This document shows, piece by piece, positions 1 to 7,856 of a DNA stretch of 32,000 nt. The stretch spans positions 1,795,516 to 1,827,515 of the forward strand of contig NZ_CP133319.1 of NCBI RefSeq assembly GCF_038811545.1, in the 5' to 3' direction. The position numbers and the translations under genes were made by a program. This DNA comes from Rhodoligotrophos ferricapiens (GTDB taxonomy: Bacteria; Pseudomonadota; Alphaproteobacteria; Rhizobiales; Im1). Within the stretch, counting starts at the first letter, position 1. Each line of letters opens with the position of its first letter. Under the pieces are notes generated by a model. It saw only the letters and a program-made list of their open reading frames with translations. It made no database searches and was not told the DNA's origin.

Positions 1-371
1 TCATATTTGATGTAGGCAAAGCGCAGATCCTTCTGCGGCGTGCCCTCGAGCGGCCCGTCTTCCGCGCCTGGCTGCCATTGGATCACCTCCTCGATTTTCT
101 TGGCCAGAGCGAAATCCTTCTCGGTGATCCCGTTCGCCGCGTGATTCTTGAGCCGCACCTCGAACCAGCCATAGGACATGGTGATGTCCGGATGGTGCCA
201 GGCGGCTTCTGCGAGATGGCCGACCGTATTCACGGCCATCAGCGTACCCTTCCAGCTATTGGTACGGTATTTCCGCCGGATCCAGCCATTCTCCAGTCGC
301 CATTTCGGCAGCTCGGCCGCAAGCCGTCGCTCTACCGTATGATCATCGAAGGTCTGATCGCGCTCGCTCAT
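1..371 (-). CDS. Pterin-4a-carbinolamine dehydratase (PCD/DCoH)-like protein; 3' end runs off the window
   Basis: Absent from the ORF track because no stop codon lies inside the window. My own minus-strand translation from ATG 371..369 gives MSERDQTFDDHTVERRLAAELPKWRLENGWIRRKYRTNSWKGTLMAVNTVGHLAEAAWHHPDITMSYGWFEVRLKNHAANGITEKDFALAKKIEEV... and stays open to base 1. The EAAWHHPD core is the PCD signature. AGAGG lies about 8 nt upstream of the ATG. The + ORF 78..440 is its antisense shadow. Confidence 0.75.
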   Translation of the reverse strand, partial: MSERDQTFDDHTVERRLAAELPKWRLENGWIRRKYRTNSWKGTLMAVNTVGHLAEAAWHHPDITMSYGWFEVRLKNHAANGITEKDFALAKKIEEVIQWQPGAEDGPLEGTPQKDLRFAYIKY

Positions 372-415
372 GGCAACAGCCTCTTTCGCGATTGTGCATC
401 CCATTACGCCCACCC

Positions 416-445
416 ATTATTCGGATGTATGGCCCCTTGAGCCAA
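416..445 (-). promoter_or_regulatory. Candidate sigma70-type promoter for the PCD-like gene (TTGGCT-N18-AATAAT), overlapped by a TAATGGG direct repeat
   Basis: Minus strand reads TTGGCT (445..440), an 18 nt spacer, then AATAAT (421..416). CCCATTA occurs twice on the + strand (400..406 and 413..419), with starts 13 nt apart. Hexamer matching only, no experimental support. Confidence 0.25.
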
Positions 446-559
446 GCCTCGCCGGCAAGGGATCGCCGGATACTGAGCCTCACCACCAAGGGGCTTGACT
501 TCGCGCCCGGCGAAATCTCCATTGGCGACGGGTGCGGTGAGCAGAAACGAGCATGAGAG

Positions 560-1531
560 ATGCCGAACAGCGTGAGCGTGACGGTGCCAGCGCGCCTGCA
601 TCTGGGCTTCCTGGACATGGAAGGCGGATTGGGTCGGCGCTTCGGCAGCCTGGGCCTCTCGATCGAGGTCCCGGTCACGCGCCTGACGATGTCGGTTTCC
701 CGAACCCCCGGAGTGCGCGGGCCGGATCAGGAGCGGGCAACGCGCTATCTAGCAGCCCTGGAAGAGGCGCTGCGCCTGCCGCGCTATTGTCATCAGGTCC
801 AAATCGAATCAGCCATTCCGTCTCATGCGGGGCTCGGCTCGGGCACCCAGATGGCCCTTGCCCTGGCCGCGGCACTGCGGCGTCTGCATGGTTTGCCGCT
901 CGATATCCGAGGTGACGCAGCCCGATTGGGCCGAGGGGCTCGCTCGGGCATCGGCATCGGCCTCTTTGAGACCGGCGGCTTTGTGGTGGATGGCGGTCGA
1001 AGCGAGGCGAGCGGCCCCCCGCCGATCATCGCGCAGCACCGTTTTCCCGAGGAATGGGGCATCATCCTGGTCTTGGATGATCAACTGAAAGGTGCCCATG
1101 GTCAGGAGGAGACGGAAGCCTTCCTCGACTTGCCGCCCTTCGCCGCCAAAACGGCAGCCACCATCTGCCGTCTGCTCCTGATGCAGGTTCTGCCGGCGGT
1201 GGTCGAACGCGATCTTGCCCGCTTCGGAACCGGGATCTCCGAGATCCAGGGGCTGCTGGGGGACTATTTCGCGCCCATTCAAGGTGGCCGCTTCACCAGC
1301 CCCGATGTCGCGCGTGCAATCGAACATCTCGCCGCCGCAGGCGGAACCGGGGTCGGCCAGAGCTCCTGGGGCCCCACCGGCTTTGCCTTCGCGCCCTCGC
1401 TCGAGGCGGCCGCCCACATGGCTGATGCACTGCGCATGCAACCATTCGCAACCGACCTGGATATCCGCGTGGTGAAGGCCTCCAATCGGAAGGCCTCGAT
1501 CACGGTCGCGGAGACCTGTCCGACCGATTGA
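560..1531 (+). CDS. mptG: beta-ribofuranosylaminobenzene 5'-phosphate (beta-RFAP) synthase, GHMP-kinase fold; first committed step of H4MPT biosynthesis
   Basis: 323 aa. N-terminus VSVTVPARLHLGFLDM and the GHMP-type motif IPSHAGLGSGTQMALALAAAL are typical of the MptG family. Sits at the head of the mtdB-mch operon. Confidence 0.85.
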   Translation: MPNSVSVTVPARLHLGFLDMEGGLGRRFGSLGLSIEVPVTRLTMSVSRTPGVRGPDQERATRYLAALEEALRLPRYCHQVQIESAIPSHAGLGSGTQMALALAAALRRLHGLPLDIRGDAARLGRGARSGIGIGLFETGGFVVDGGRSEASGPPPIIAQHRFPEEWGIILVLDDQLKGAHGQEETEAFLDLPPFAAKTAATICRLLLMQVLPAVVERDLARFGTGISEIQGLLGDYFAPIQGGRFTSPDVARAIEHLAAAGGTGVGQSSWGPTGFAFAPSLEAAAHMADALRMQPFATDLDIRVVKASNRKASITVAETCPTD

Positions 1532-1538
1532 AGGCGAG

Positions 1539-2441
1539 ATGCCCATGACCGACAAATCGATCCTGCACATGGTGACGCCGCTCAAGCATGTGAGCCCGTT
1601 CGACATCAACATGGCTGCGGATGCAGGCTTTGACGTGCTGAGCACCTACACAAACGTGACGCTCGATGAGGTCGCCGGCCTGGTTCAGGACGCGATTTTC
1701 TCCCGTTCGCCCAAGCTCGGGCGGAAAACCGGCCTGTTCATCAGTGGCAAGGACGCGATCGTCGCGCTCGACATGCTGAAGCTCGCCAAGCGCGCTTTCG
1801 TGCCGCCCTTTGTCATCTCCCTTTTTGCTGATCCCGCGGGCTCCTTCACCACGGCGGCGGCGATGATCGCCAAGATCGAGCGCTTGCTGCGCGCCCACCA
1901 CGACCGCGCGCTTAAAGGAGCAAAGATCGCGGTATTCGGTGCAACCGGCGTGGTGGGCTTCTCCTCCGCCGTCATTGCGGCCCTCGAAGGCGCCGAGGTG
2001 ACTTTGGTTGGCCATGATGGCCGGACCCGCGTCGAACGCTTGTCCAACGAGATCGAAGCCCGTTTCGATGTGACAGCACGCTTTGCGGATGGCAGCGATG
2101 ATGAGAAGAAGGAACAGGTATTGATGGGCACCGAGATCGTGCTCACCGCCGGCAAGGCTGGTGTCCAGATCCTGTCGTCAGCCCTTCTCGCCAGCGCAGA
2201 TAGCCTGCTGATCGCAGCCGATGTGAACGCGGTCCCCCCGGCCGGCATCGAGGGATTGTCGCCGACGGCCAATGGTGAGCCGATCGGCCAAACCCAGGTG
2301 CTGGGCCTGGGCGCGCTCGCCATTGGCGGCATCAAATATCAAACTCAGTCCGGCCTGTTCAAACAGATGCTGAAGGCCGAAAAGCCCGTGGCTTATGACT
2401 TCCGCGACGCCTTCGTGCTGGCCCGGACTCTTGTGCAATGA
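1539..2441 (+). CDS. mtdB: NAD(P)-dependent methylene-tetrahydromethanopterin dehydrogenase
   Basis: 300 aa. SILHMVTPLKHVSPFDINMAADAGFD, FADPAGSFTTAAAM and the Rossmann motif VFGATGVVG closely resemble remembered MtdB of Methylobacterium. The start could be ATG 1545 instead of 1539. Confidence 0.87.
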   Translation: MPMTDKSILHMVTPLKHVSPFDINMAADAGFDVLSTYTNVTLDEVAGLVQDAIFSRSPKLGRKTGLFISGKDAIVALDMLKLAKRAFVPPFVISLFADPAGSFTTAAAMIAKIERLLRAHHDRALKGAKIAVFGATGVVGFSSAVIAALEGAEVTLVGHDGRTRVERLSNEIEARFDVTARFADGSDDEKKEQVLMGTEIVLTAGKAGVQILSSALLASADSLLIAADVNAVPPAGIEGLSPTANGEPIGQTQVLGLGALAIGGIKYQTQSGLFKQMLKAEKPVAYDFRDAFVLARTLVQ

Positions 2442-3577
2442 CTGATTTGGGCCGGCCGGCCATCCTGATCGTGGCGATCTCCGGCCGGGCTCTCGTAGCT
2501 GCTGCGCGCAAGGCGGGCTTCGCCCCCCTTGTGGCCGACCTGTTCGGCGATCTCGACACGAGAGGATTGGCAGATGCCTGGGCCGTGGTCCCCGGCGACC
2601 TTGCCCTGGGATTCGACCGGGAAGCTCTGCTCCAAGCCCTTGAAGCCCTTGCGACGGGGCGCGAGCCGCTCGGCATCGTCTATGGCGGTGGCTTCGATGG
2701 CCGCCCAGACCTCATTGCGGATTTGGGCGAACGCTGGCCCTTGCTGGGGAACGATGCGGAGACCACTCGCCTGATCAAGCACCCCTTGCGCTTTGCTGCT
2801 TTATGCCGCGAGCTCGACATCCCTCACCCCGGCGTTGCAACCCTATCCGAGATCGCACCCGGCAAGCTTCTCGTGAAGCGCGCGGGTGGCTCGGGCGGCA
2901 CCCATGTCAGACACTTCAACGGTGCGCCATTGCAGGAAGGAGAGTATCTGCAGCCTTTCATAGGTGAGCGCTCGGTCTCGGCCCTGTTCTGCGCCGGGCT
3001 CGGCCATTGCGAGGTGATTGGCTTCAGCGAGCAATGGACCGACCCTGATGCCGCACCCTTCGCCTATGGGGGCGCTGCTCGCCCGGCTGCGCTCGATGCA
3101 ACCATGGCGGTCGCGATGGCTGAGGCGGTGAAACGAATAAGCCAGGCCGCCGGCCTGAACGGCCTCAACAGCGCGGATTTCCGCCTCGACCGCGAGAAGT
3201 ACTGGCTCATCGAGATCAACCCTCGCCCCGGTGGCAGCCTCGACGTTTTCCACGACCGCAACGGCCAGCTCTTCGCCTATCACGTCGCTGCCTGCCGCGG
3301 AGAGCTGCCGCCAGAGCATTGTCGAGCGACGTGGGCGGAACCGCTCATCTTCGATGATGCGGCCGTGGCCGAAATCCTGTATGCCACGCGCTGCGTGAGC
3401 GCGGTTCCGGCATGTGATTGGCCCGAATGGACCGCCGATCGCCAGGCGCCGGACACAAGAGTGGAGAGAGGCTGGCCGCTCTGTACGATTACTGCGCGCG
3501 CCGGGACGGTCGATGAGGCTCGCGCCCTATCAAGGAGCCGCAAGGCGGCCATGCGCGCAATCTTGGAGAGAGGCTGA
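2438..3577 (+). CDS. ATP-grasp ligase of the H4MPT/methylofuran island ('orf17'-type; possible MfnD-like amide ligase)
   Basis: 379 aa. ATGA overlap with the mtdB stop. Pre-ATP-grasp N-domain (ILIVAISGRALVAAARKAGF) and ATP-grasp core (LLVKRAGGSGG, WLIEINPRPGGS). Substrate not determinable from sequence. Confidence 0.72.
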   Translation: MTDLGRPAILIVAISGRALVAAARKAGFAPLVADLFGDLDTRGLADAWAVVPGDLALGFDREALLQALEALATGREPLGIVYGGGFDGRPDLIADLGERWPLLGNDAETTRLIKHPLRFAALCRELDIPHPGVATLSEIAPGKLLVKRAGGSGGTHVRHFNGAPLQEGEYLQPFIGERSVSALFCAGLGHCEVIGFSEQWTDPDAAPFAYGGAARPAALDATMAVAMAEAVKRISQAAGLNGLNSADFRLDREKYWLIEINPRPGGSLDVFHDRNGQLFAYHVAACRGELPPEHCRATWAEPLIFDDAAVAEILYATRCVSAVPACDWPEWTADRQAPDTRVERGWPLCTITARAGTVDEARALSRSRKAAMRAILERG

Positions 3578-3580
3578 CCC

Positions 3581-4543
3581 ATGGCGCCCCCGAGCATCAA
3601 TGCCAATGCCCTGCACTTGGTCGAGGCCATGGTGGCGAATGCCGATGCGCTGCGCCTCGCCATAACGAGCGGTGCATCTGGCGAGCGCCTGATCGATGCC
3701 GGATCAAAGGTCCAGGGCGGCCTCGAAGCAGGGCTTATGCTGGCGCGCATCTGCATGGGCGGCTTGGGCGAGATGTCGATTGCCTCCAGCCCTGGCATCG
3801 TCAATTGGCCTTGGGTCGTGAATGTGCGCTCGTCCCAGCCCGTCACCGCCTGTCTTGCCAGCCAATATGCCGGCTGGAGCCTCAGCCATGGCGAGGGTCG
3901 CGGCGCCTTCTTTGCCCTGGGCTCCGGACCTGCGCGCGCGCTCGCCGCCCGTGAGCCGATCTATCAGGAGCTTGCCTACCGCGACGACTTTGACGCGGCG
4001 GTCCTCGTCCTTGAGACCGATAAGGCACCACCGTCGGCCATCGTCGAGAAAGTGGCAAGTGACTGCGGAATTCGGCCCGATCGGCTCACCCTGATTTATG
4101 CGCCGACACGCTCCCTCGCCGGCACGCTGCAGGTGGTCGCCCGGGTGCTCGAGGTCGCGCTCCATAAAGCGCACAGCCTGCATTTCCCCCTCGATCGCAT
4201 CGTCGATGGCATGGGCAGCGCGCCGATTTCACCGCCCCACCCCGATTTCGTCACGGCCCTGGGCCGCACCAATGACGCGATCATCTATGGCGGCCATGTC
4301 CATCTCTTCGTGCTCGGCCCGGCCTCCGATGCGCAAGAGCTCGCCCGCAATCTGCCAAGCAATACATCGCGCGATTTCGGCGAGCCGTTTTCGGAGATCT
4401 TCAAGCGCTTCAACGGCGATTTCTACGCGATCGACCCGCTGCTGTTCAGCCCGGCTTCCGCGACTGTCACCGCCATTGAGCACGGCCTCAGCTTCCATGC
4501 TGGCAAGATCTCGCCTGCGCTCCTCGATCGCTCTTTCACCTGA
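3581..4543 (+). CDS. mch: Methenyl-tetrahydromethanopterin cyclohydrolase
   Basis: 320 aa. NALHLVEAMVANADALRL, VTACLASQYAGWSL and FFALGSGPARALA match remembered Mch sequences. Starts 3 nt after the upstream stop. Confidence 0.9.
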   Translation: MAPPSINANALHLVEAMVANADALRLAITSGASGERLIDAGSKVQGGLEAGLMLARICMGGLGEMSIASSPGIVNWPWVVNVRSSQPVTACLASQYAGWSLSHGEGRGAFFALGSGPARALAAREPIYQELAYRDDFDAAVLVLETDKAPPSAIVEKVASDCGIRPDRLTLIYAPTRSLAGTLQVVARVLEVALHKAHSLHFPLDRIVDGMGSAPISPPHPDFVTALGRTNDAIIYGGHVHLFVLGPASDAQELARNLPSNTSRDFGEPFSEIFKRFNGDFYAIDPLLFSPASATVTAIEHGLSFHAGKISPALLDRSFT

Positions 4544-4551
4544 TCAGCCGA

Positions 4552-5487
4552 GTGGCAGACATGCTGCACCGTGTTGCGCTTGACCCGCCTCGCATCGCCC
4601 TCTTTGCCGACAGCACTGATGGCCATGCGAATGCCCTGGAAAAACGGCTGATCGCGCAAGGTGCGAGCGTCTGCCGCGCCAGTCTCGCCGCCTGCAGCTT
4701 CGATACCGGTGCCCCGGGTGGGATCCGCATTCCAGGCCTCGATGGCCTGCCCGACGCGGCGCTTGTACGCACAATCGCAGCCGGCAGCTTCGAAGCCGTG
4801 ACCCGGCGCCTCGGCATCCTGCACGGATTGCGCGAAGCCGGCGTTCTCGTGTGGAATGATGCACGCGCGATCGAGCGCTGCGTGGACAAATCAACGACCA
4901 CCTTCCTGCTCGCCCACAACGGCATTGCGGTGCCACCGACCTGGACCGTGGAGCGCCGCGAAGAGGCCGAGGCGATCCTGCGCCGCGAGGAGGTTCACGG
5001 GCCCCTGGTCTTGAAGCCGCTCTTCGGCGCGCAAGGCAAGGGCCTGCGCTTGATCCGCAAAGCCGACGAGCTGCCCCCGCCTGAGGATGTGGCAGGCGTC
5101 TACTACCTCCAGCGGTTCATGGGGCTTCACCGTGACGGCTACCGTGACCACCGGGTCTTCGTCGTAGCCGGCCGCGCCGTCGCCGCCATGTCACGCCGCA
5201 GCGACCATTGGATCACCAATATCAAGCAGGGCGGTGAGCCGGAGCCTGTCACCCCGGACGATGAGCTCTGTGATATCGCCGTCAGGGCTTCCGCTGCCGT
5301 CGGGGCTGACTTCGCCGGTGTGGATATTCTCCGCCACGCTCCTGGTGAAGCCGTGGTCCTGGAGGTGAACTCCATGCCGGCCTGGAGCGGCCTCAGAAGA
5401 GTTGCAGATATCGATATTCCGCTTGAGATTACCCGAGCGCTCATCGAAGCTATAAGGGCTCGGGCGGCGCGGAGAATTGCGGGATGA
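4552..5487 (+). CDS. RimK-family ATP-grasp glutamate ligase ('orf5'/MptN-like)
   Basis: 311 aa. RimK-like pattern: VWNDARAIERCVDKSTTTFLLAHNGIAVPPT, LVLKPLFGAQGKGL, and GVDILRHAPGEAVVLEVNSMPAW. Start is GTG 4552 or ATG 4561. Confidence 0.8.
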   Translation: MADMLHRVALDPPRIALFADSTDGHANALEKRLIAQGASVCRASLAACSFDTGAPGGIRIPGLDGLPDAALVRTIAAGSFEAVTRRLGILHGLREAGVLVWNDARAIERCVDKSTTTFLLAHNGIAVPPTWTVERREEAEAILRREEVHGPLVLKPLFGAQGKGLRLIRKADELPPPEDVAGVYYLQRFMGLHRDGYRDHRVFVVAGRAVAAMSRRSDHWITNIKQGGEPEPVTPDDELCDIAVRASAAVGADFAGVDILRHAPGEAVVLEVNSMPAWSGLRRVADIDIPLEITRALIEAIRARAARRIAG

Positions 5488-6344
5488 GCCTGCCGAAAGA
5501 AGCCATAGCCACCGCCTTCATTGCGGCCTGCCGGGCTGAGCTGAATGCGCCCAAGCCCGGCAATGTGCACCTTTTCGCCGATGGTCACGGCATGACCATC
5601 GAGCAGTTCCTCACCAGTGCCGAGGCGGCCTCGACCGCCCTTTGCGAACCAGGCACTGCCGTTGGCACCCGTATCCTCGATGCCGTGGCTGCCACCAAGA
5701 TTGCGGTTGGCTGCAATACCAATCTCGGCATCCTCCTCCTCTGTGCACCCCTGGCCGCCGCGGCCGAGCGTGATGGTCCGCTGCGGACTTCCCTCTCAGA
5801 AATACTCGACGAGCTGACCGTGGAGGATGCCGACCTCGCCTTCGAGGCAATCGTATTGGCGAGCCCCGCGGGCTTGGGCAGAGCGCCCGCGCATGACGTA
5901 AACGAGCCGGCGGATTGCACCTTGCTCGAGGCCATGGCGGCAGCAGCCGCCCGCGACCGGATTGCCCAGGCCTATACCGATGAGTTCGAGGAGATCTTTG
6001 GCGCCGGCCTCGACGCGCTGGATGCTGAACGCACCCGTGGCCTCGCCGATTGGTGGCCGGCAACAGCTGTGTATCTGAATCACCTGTCAGCCGGTCCCGA
6101 CAGTCATATCGCCCGGAAATTCGGAATGGAAGCGGCAACACAGGTCCGCAACGAAGCGAAGATGATCCTGGGCGAGCTGCTGCAGCTTGCCGATGGCCAG
6201 GCCGTCCTCCGCCGGCTCCTTGACTTCGACAGCGCATTGAAGGACCGCGGCCTCAATCCCGGCACCTGCGCGGACCTGACCGTCGCCACCCTCTTTGCTG
6301 ACAACCTGCAGGGGCTCTTGAAGAATTCGACCGGGAGTGGTTGA
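5484..6344 (+). CDS. Triphosphoribosyl-dephospho-CoA synthase (CitG/MdcB)-like protein of the H4MPT island ('orf7'-type)
   Basis: 286 aa. ATGA overlap with the upstream stop. N-terminal AFIAACRAELNAPKPGNVH and TNLGILLLCAPLAAAA resemble the CitG family. Confidence 0.78.
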   Translation: MSLPKEAIATAFIAACRAELNAPKPGNVHLFADGHGMTIEQFLTSAEAASTALCEPGTAVGTRILDAVAATKIAVGCNTNLGILLLCAPLAAAAERDGPLRTSLSEILDELTVEDADLAFEAIVLASPAGLGRAPAHDVNEPADCTLLEAMAAAAARDRIAQAYTDEFEEIFGAGLDALDAERTRGLADWWPATAVYLNHLSAGPDSHIARKFGMEAATQVRNEAKMILGELLQLADGQAVLRRLLDFDSALKDRGLNPGTCADLTVATLFADNLQGLLKNSTGSG

Positions 6345-6485
6345 CTGCCCGCAAGCGGAGCAAGCGTCCGCCCTATCCGGCCAACCGGTCCGGCGCCTTG
6401 CTGGATGCTGACAACAAGGATAGCTGTTTCAGTGGAACCCGCGGCTTCGGCACGGCCAGTCGCATGCAAGGGAGGTATTTGGCCT

Positions 6486-6995
6486 ATGGCGAAAATCAAC
6501 AAGGTGCTGGTGGGCGAGTCGCTGGTCGGCGACGGCAATGAGGTCGCCCATATCGACCTGATCATGGGGCCGCGCGGCAGTGCAGCGGAATCCGCCTTCT
6601 GCAATGCGCTGGTCAACAACAAGGACGGTTTCACCAGCCTGCTCGCGGTGATCGCGCCCAACCTGCCCTGCAAGCCGAACACCGTGATGTTCAACAAGGT
6701 GACCATCAAGGGCGCCAAGCAGGCCGTGCAGATGTTCGGTCCCGCGCAGCATGGCGTCGCGATGGCCGTACAGGATTCGGTCGCCGAGGGCGTCATCCCG
6801 GCTGACGAAGCCGACGACGTCTTCATCTGCGTCGGCGTCTTCATCCACTGGGAGGCGACCGACGACAAGAAGATCCAGGAGTTCAATTACCGCGCCACCA
6901 AGGAAGCGATCGCCCGCGCCGTTGCCGGCGAGCCGAGCGCGGCCGAAGTCACTGCAAAGCGCAGCAGCGTGAAGCATCCTTTCGCGGCCGCCTGA
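6486..6995 (+). CDS. fae: Formaldehyde-activating enzyme (5,6,7,8-tetrahydromethanopterin hydro-lyase)
   Basis: [32 protein letters not shown]...[23 protein letters not shown]...[15 protein letters not shown]...HPFAA is near-identical in pattern to remembered Methylobacterium Fae. The track ORF starts at 6405, but GGGAGG precedes ATG 6486 and Fae proteins begin MAKI. A 141 bp gap lies upstream. Confidence 0.95.
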   Translation: MAKINKVLVGESLVGDGNEVAHIDLIMGPRGSAAESAFCNALVNNKDGFTSLLAVIAPNLPCKPNTVMFNKVTIKGAKQAVQMFGPAQHGVAMAVQDSVAEGVIPADEADDVFICVGVFIHWEATDDKKIQEFNYRATKEAIARAVAGEPSAAEVTAKRSSVKHPFAAA

Positions 6996-7035
6996 TCACC
7001 GGCGCGAATTCCGTAAGCCTCGTCAATATCCTACA

Positions 7036-7060
7036 CATCACCGGGCTAGACCCGGTGATG
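7036..7060. terminator. Perfect 10 bp stem / 5 nt loop hairpin between convergent fae and the ArsR-type gene (putative bidirectional terminator)
   Basis: CATCACCGGG-ctaga-CCCGGTGATG. It lies 41 nt after the fae stop and 3 nt from the regulator stop (7063). There is no flanking T/A tract, so it is not a canonical intrinsic terminator. Confidence 0.4.
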
Positions 7061-7062
7061 CC

Positions 7063-7779
7063 TCACAGCGCGGCCTGCTGCCAGCCATCGGCCAGGCCGA
7101 ATTGGGCTGGGACGTGCCGCTCCCCTATGGGCGTCAGCCGGAGCGCCCGGCTATGAGGGACCGATTGCACCCAACCGAGGCTGCGGAAGCGGTCGAGCAT
7201 GGCAGCCCCCAGGCGACCCGCGAGATGCGGCCGGCGCTCGCTCCAATCGAGACAGGCCCGGCAGATGGGCCGCCGGCTATGGCCCGGAGATGAAAGGTCC
7301 AGGCCGAGTGCGTCGAAGAACTGCCAGCCAGCATCGGTGATGACCGCGGCACCCTCGCCCAGGACCACGTATTCCTGTGCCGCGAGCGCATCCGCCAGAG
7401 CGACACCCAGCCGCCCCGCCATATGATCATAGCAAGTGCGGGCGAGCCGCAGGGCCTCATCCTTTGGCCCCACCACCCGCCGCAAGACCGGCTCTCCTGC
7501 GGTAAGCGTCATCAGAGTCTCCATGAGTCGCGCAACCTCGGTGGATGCGAGCCGGTAATAGCGGTGCCGCCCCTGCTTCTCCACGCGGATCAGCCTGGCA
7601 GCCAACAGCTTGGCCAAATGGCCACTCGTGGTCTGAGCGCTGACACCCGCATGCCAAGCAAGTTCACCGGCCGTGAGTGCGCGCCCGGCCATGAGCGCGG
7701 AAAGGATGCTCGCCCGTGCTGGATCGCCAATGAGTGCGGCGACTTCCGCCATGCGGTTCACTGAAGCCTGTGCGGTCAT
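7063..7779 (-). CDS. ArsR/SmtB-family winged-helix transcriptional regulator with a C-terminal extension domain
   Basis: 238 aa. N-terminal ALIGDPARASILSALMAGRALTAGELAWHAGVSAQTTSGHLAKLLAARLIRVEKQGRHRYYRL is a classic ArsR HTH. The C-terminal half has duplicated H(M/L)AGRLG motifs and Cys at TCYDH and ICRACLDW. Confidence 0.8.
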   Translation of the reverse strand: MTAQASVNRMAEVAALIGDPARASILSALMAGRALTAGELAWHAGVSAQTTSGHLAKLLAARLIRVEKQGRHRYYRLASTEVARLMETLMTLTAGEPVLRRVVGPKDEALRLARTCYDHMAGRLGVALADALAAQEYVVLGEGAAVITDAGWQFFDALGLDLSSPGHSRRPICRACLDWSERRPHLAGRLGAAMLDRFRSLGWVQSVPHSRALRLTPIGERHVPAQFGLADGWQQAAL

Positions 7780-7856
7780 GGCGCCAAGTCTAGCTGGCGG
7801 TGCGGGACCTGTCAGTGGGAGACGGTTCGGGCGCGGCCGAAATACCTGGTTCCTGG

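Noticed and set aside
78-440. 120 aa + strand ORF at the left edge.
   Set aside because: It is antisense to a much better-supported PCD-like gene (HHPD signature, SD, open to the window edge), and its own sequence shows no family resemblance.
495-523. TTGACT at 495..500 as a -35 for the mptG operon. Likewise TTGACT (14911..14906, minus strand) upstream of mcl.
   Set aside because: The best-spaced -10 candidates (TCCATT and TGCTCT) match the consensus poorly. These are kept only as very weak possibilities, not as features.
6405-6485. N-terminal extension of fae in the ORF track (start 6405). Analogous upstream-extended starts occur at 13092, 14889, 18559, 20200, 22559, 11038 and 21281.
   Set aside because: Family N-termini, SD placement or overlap geometry favour the internal starts given in the feature list. 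The extensions add non-conserved residues or overlap upstream genes.
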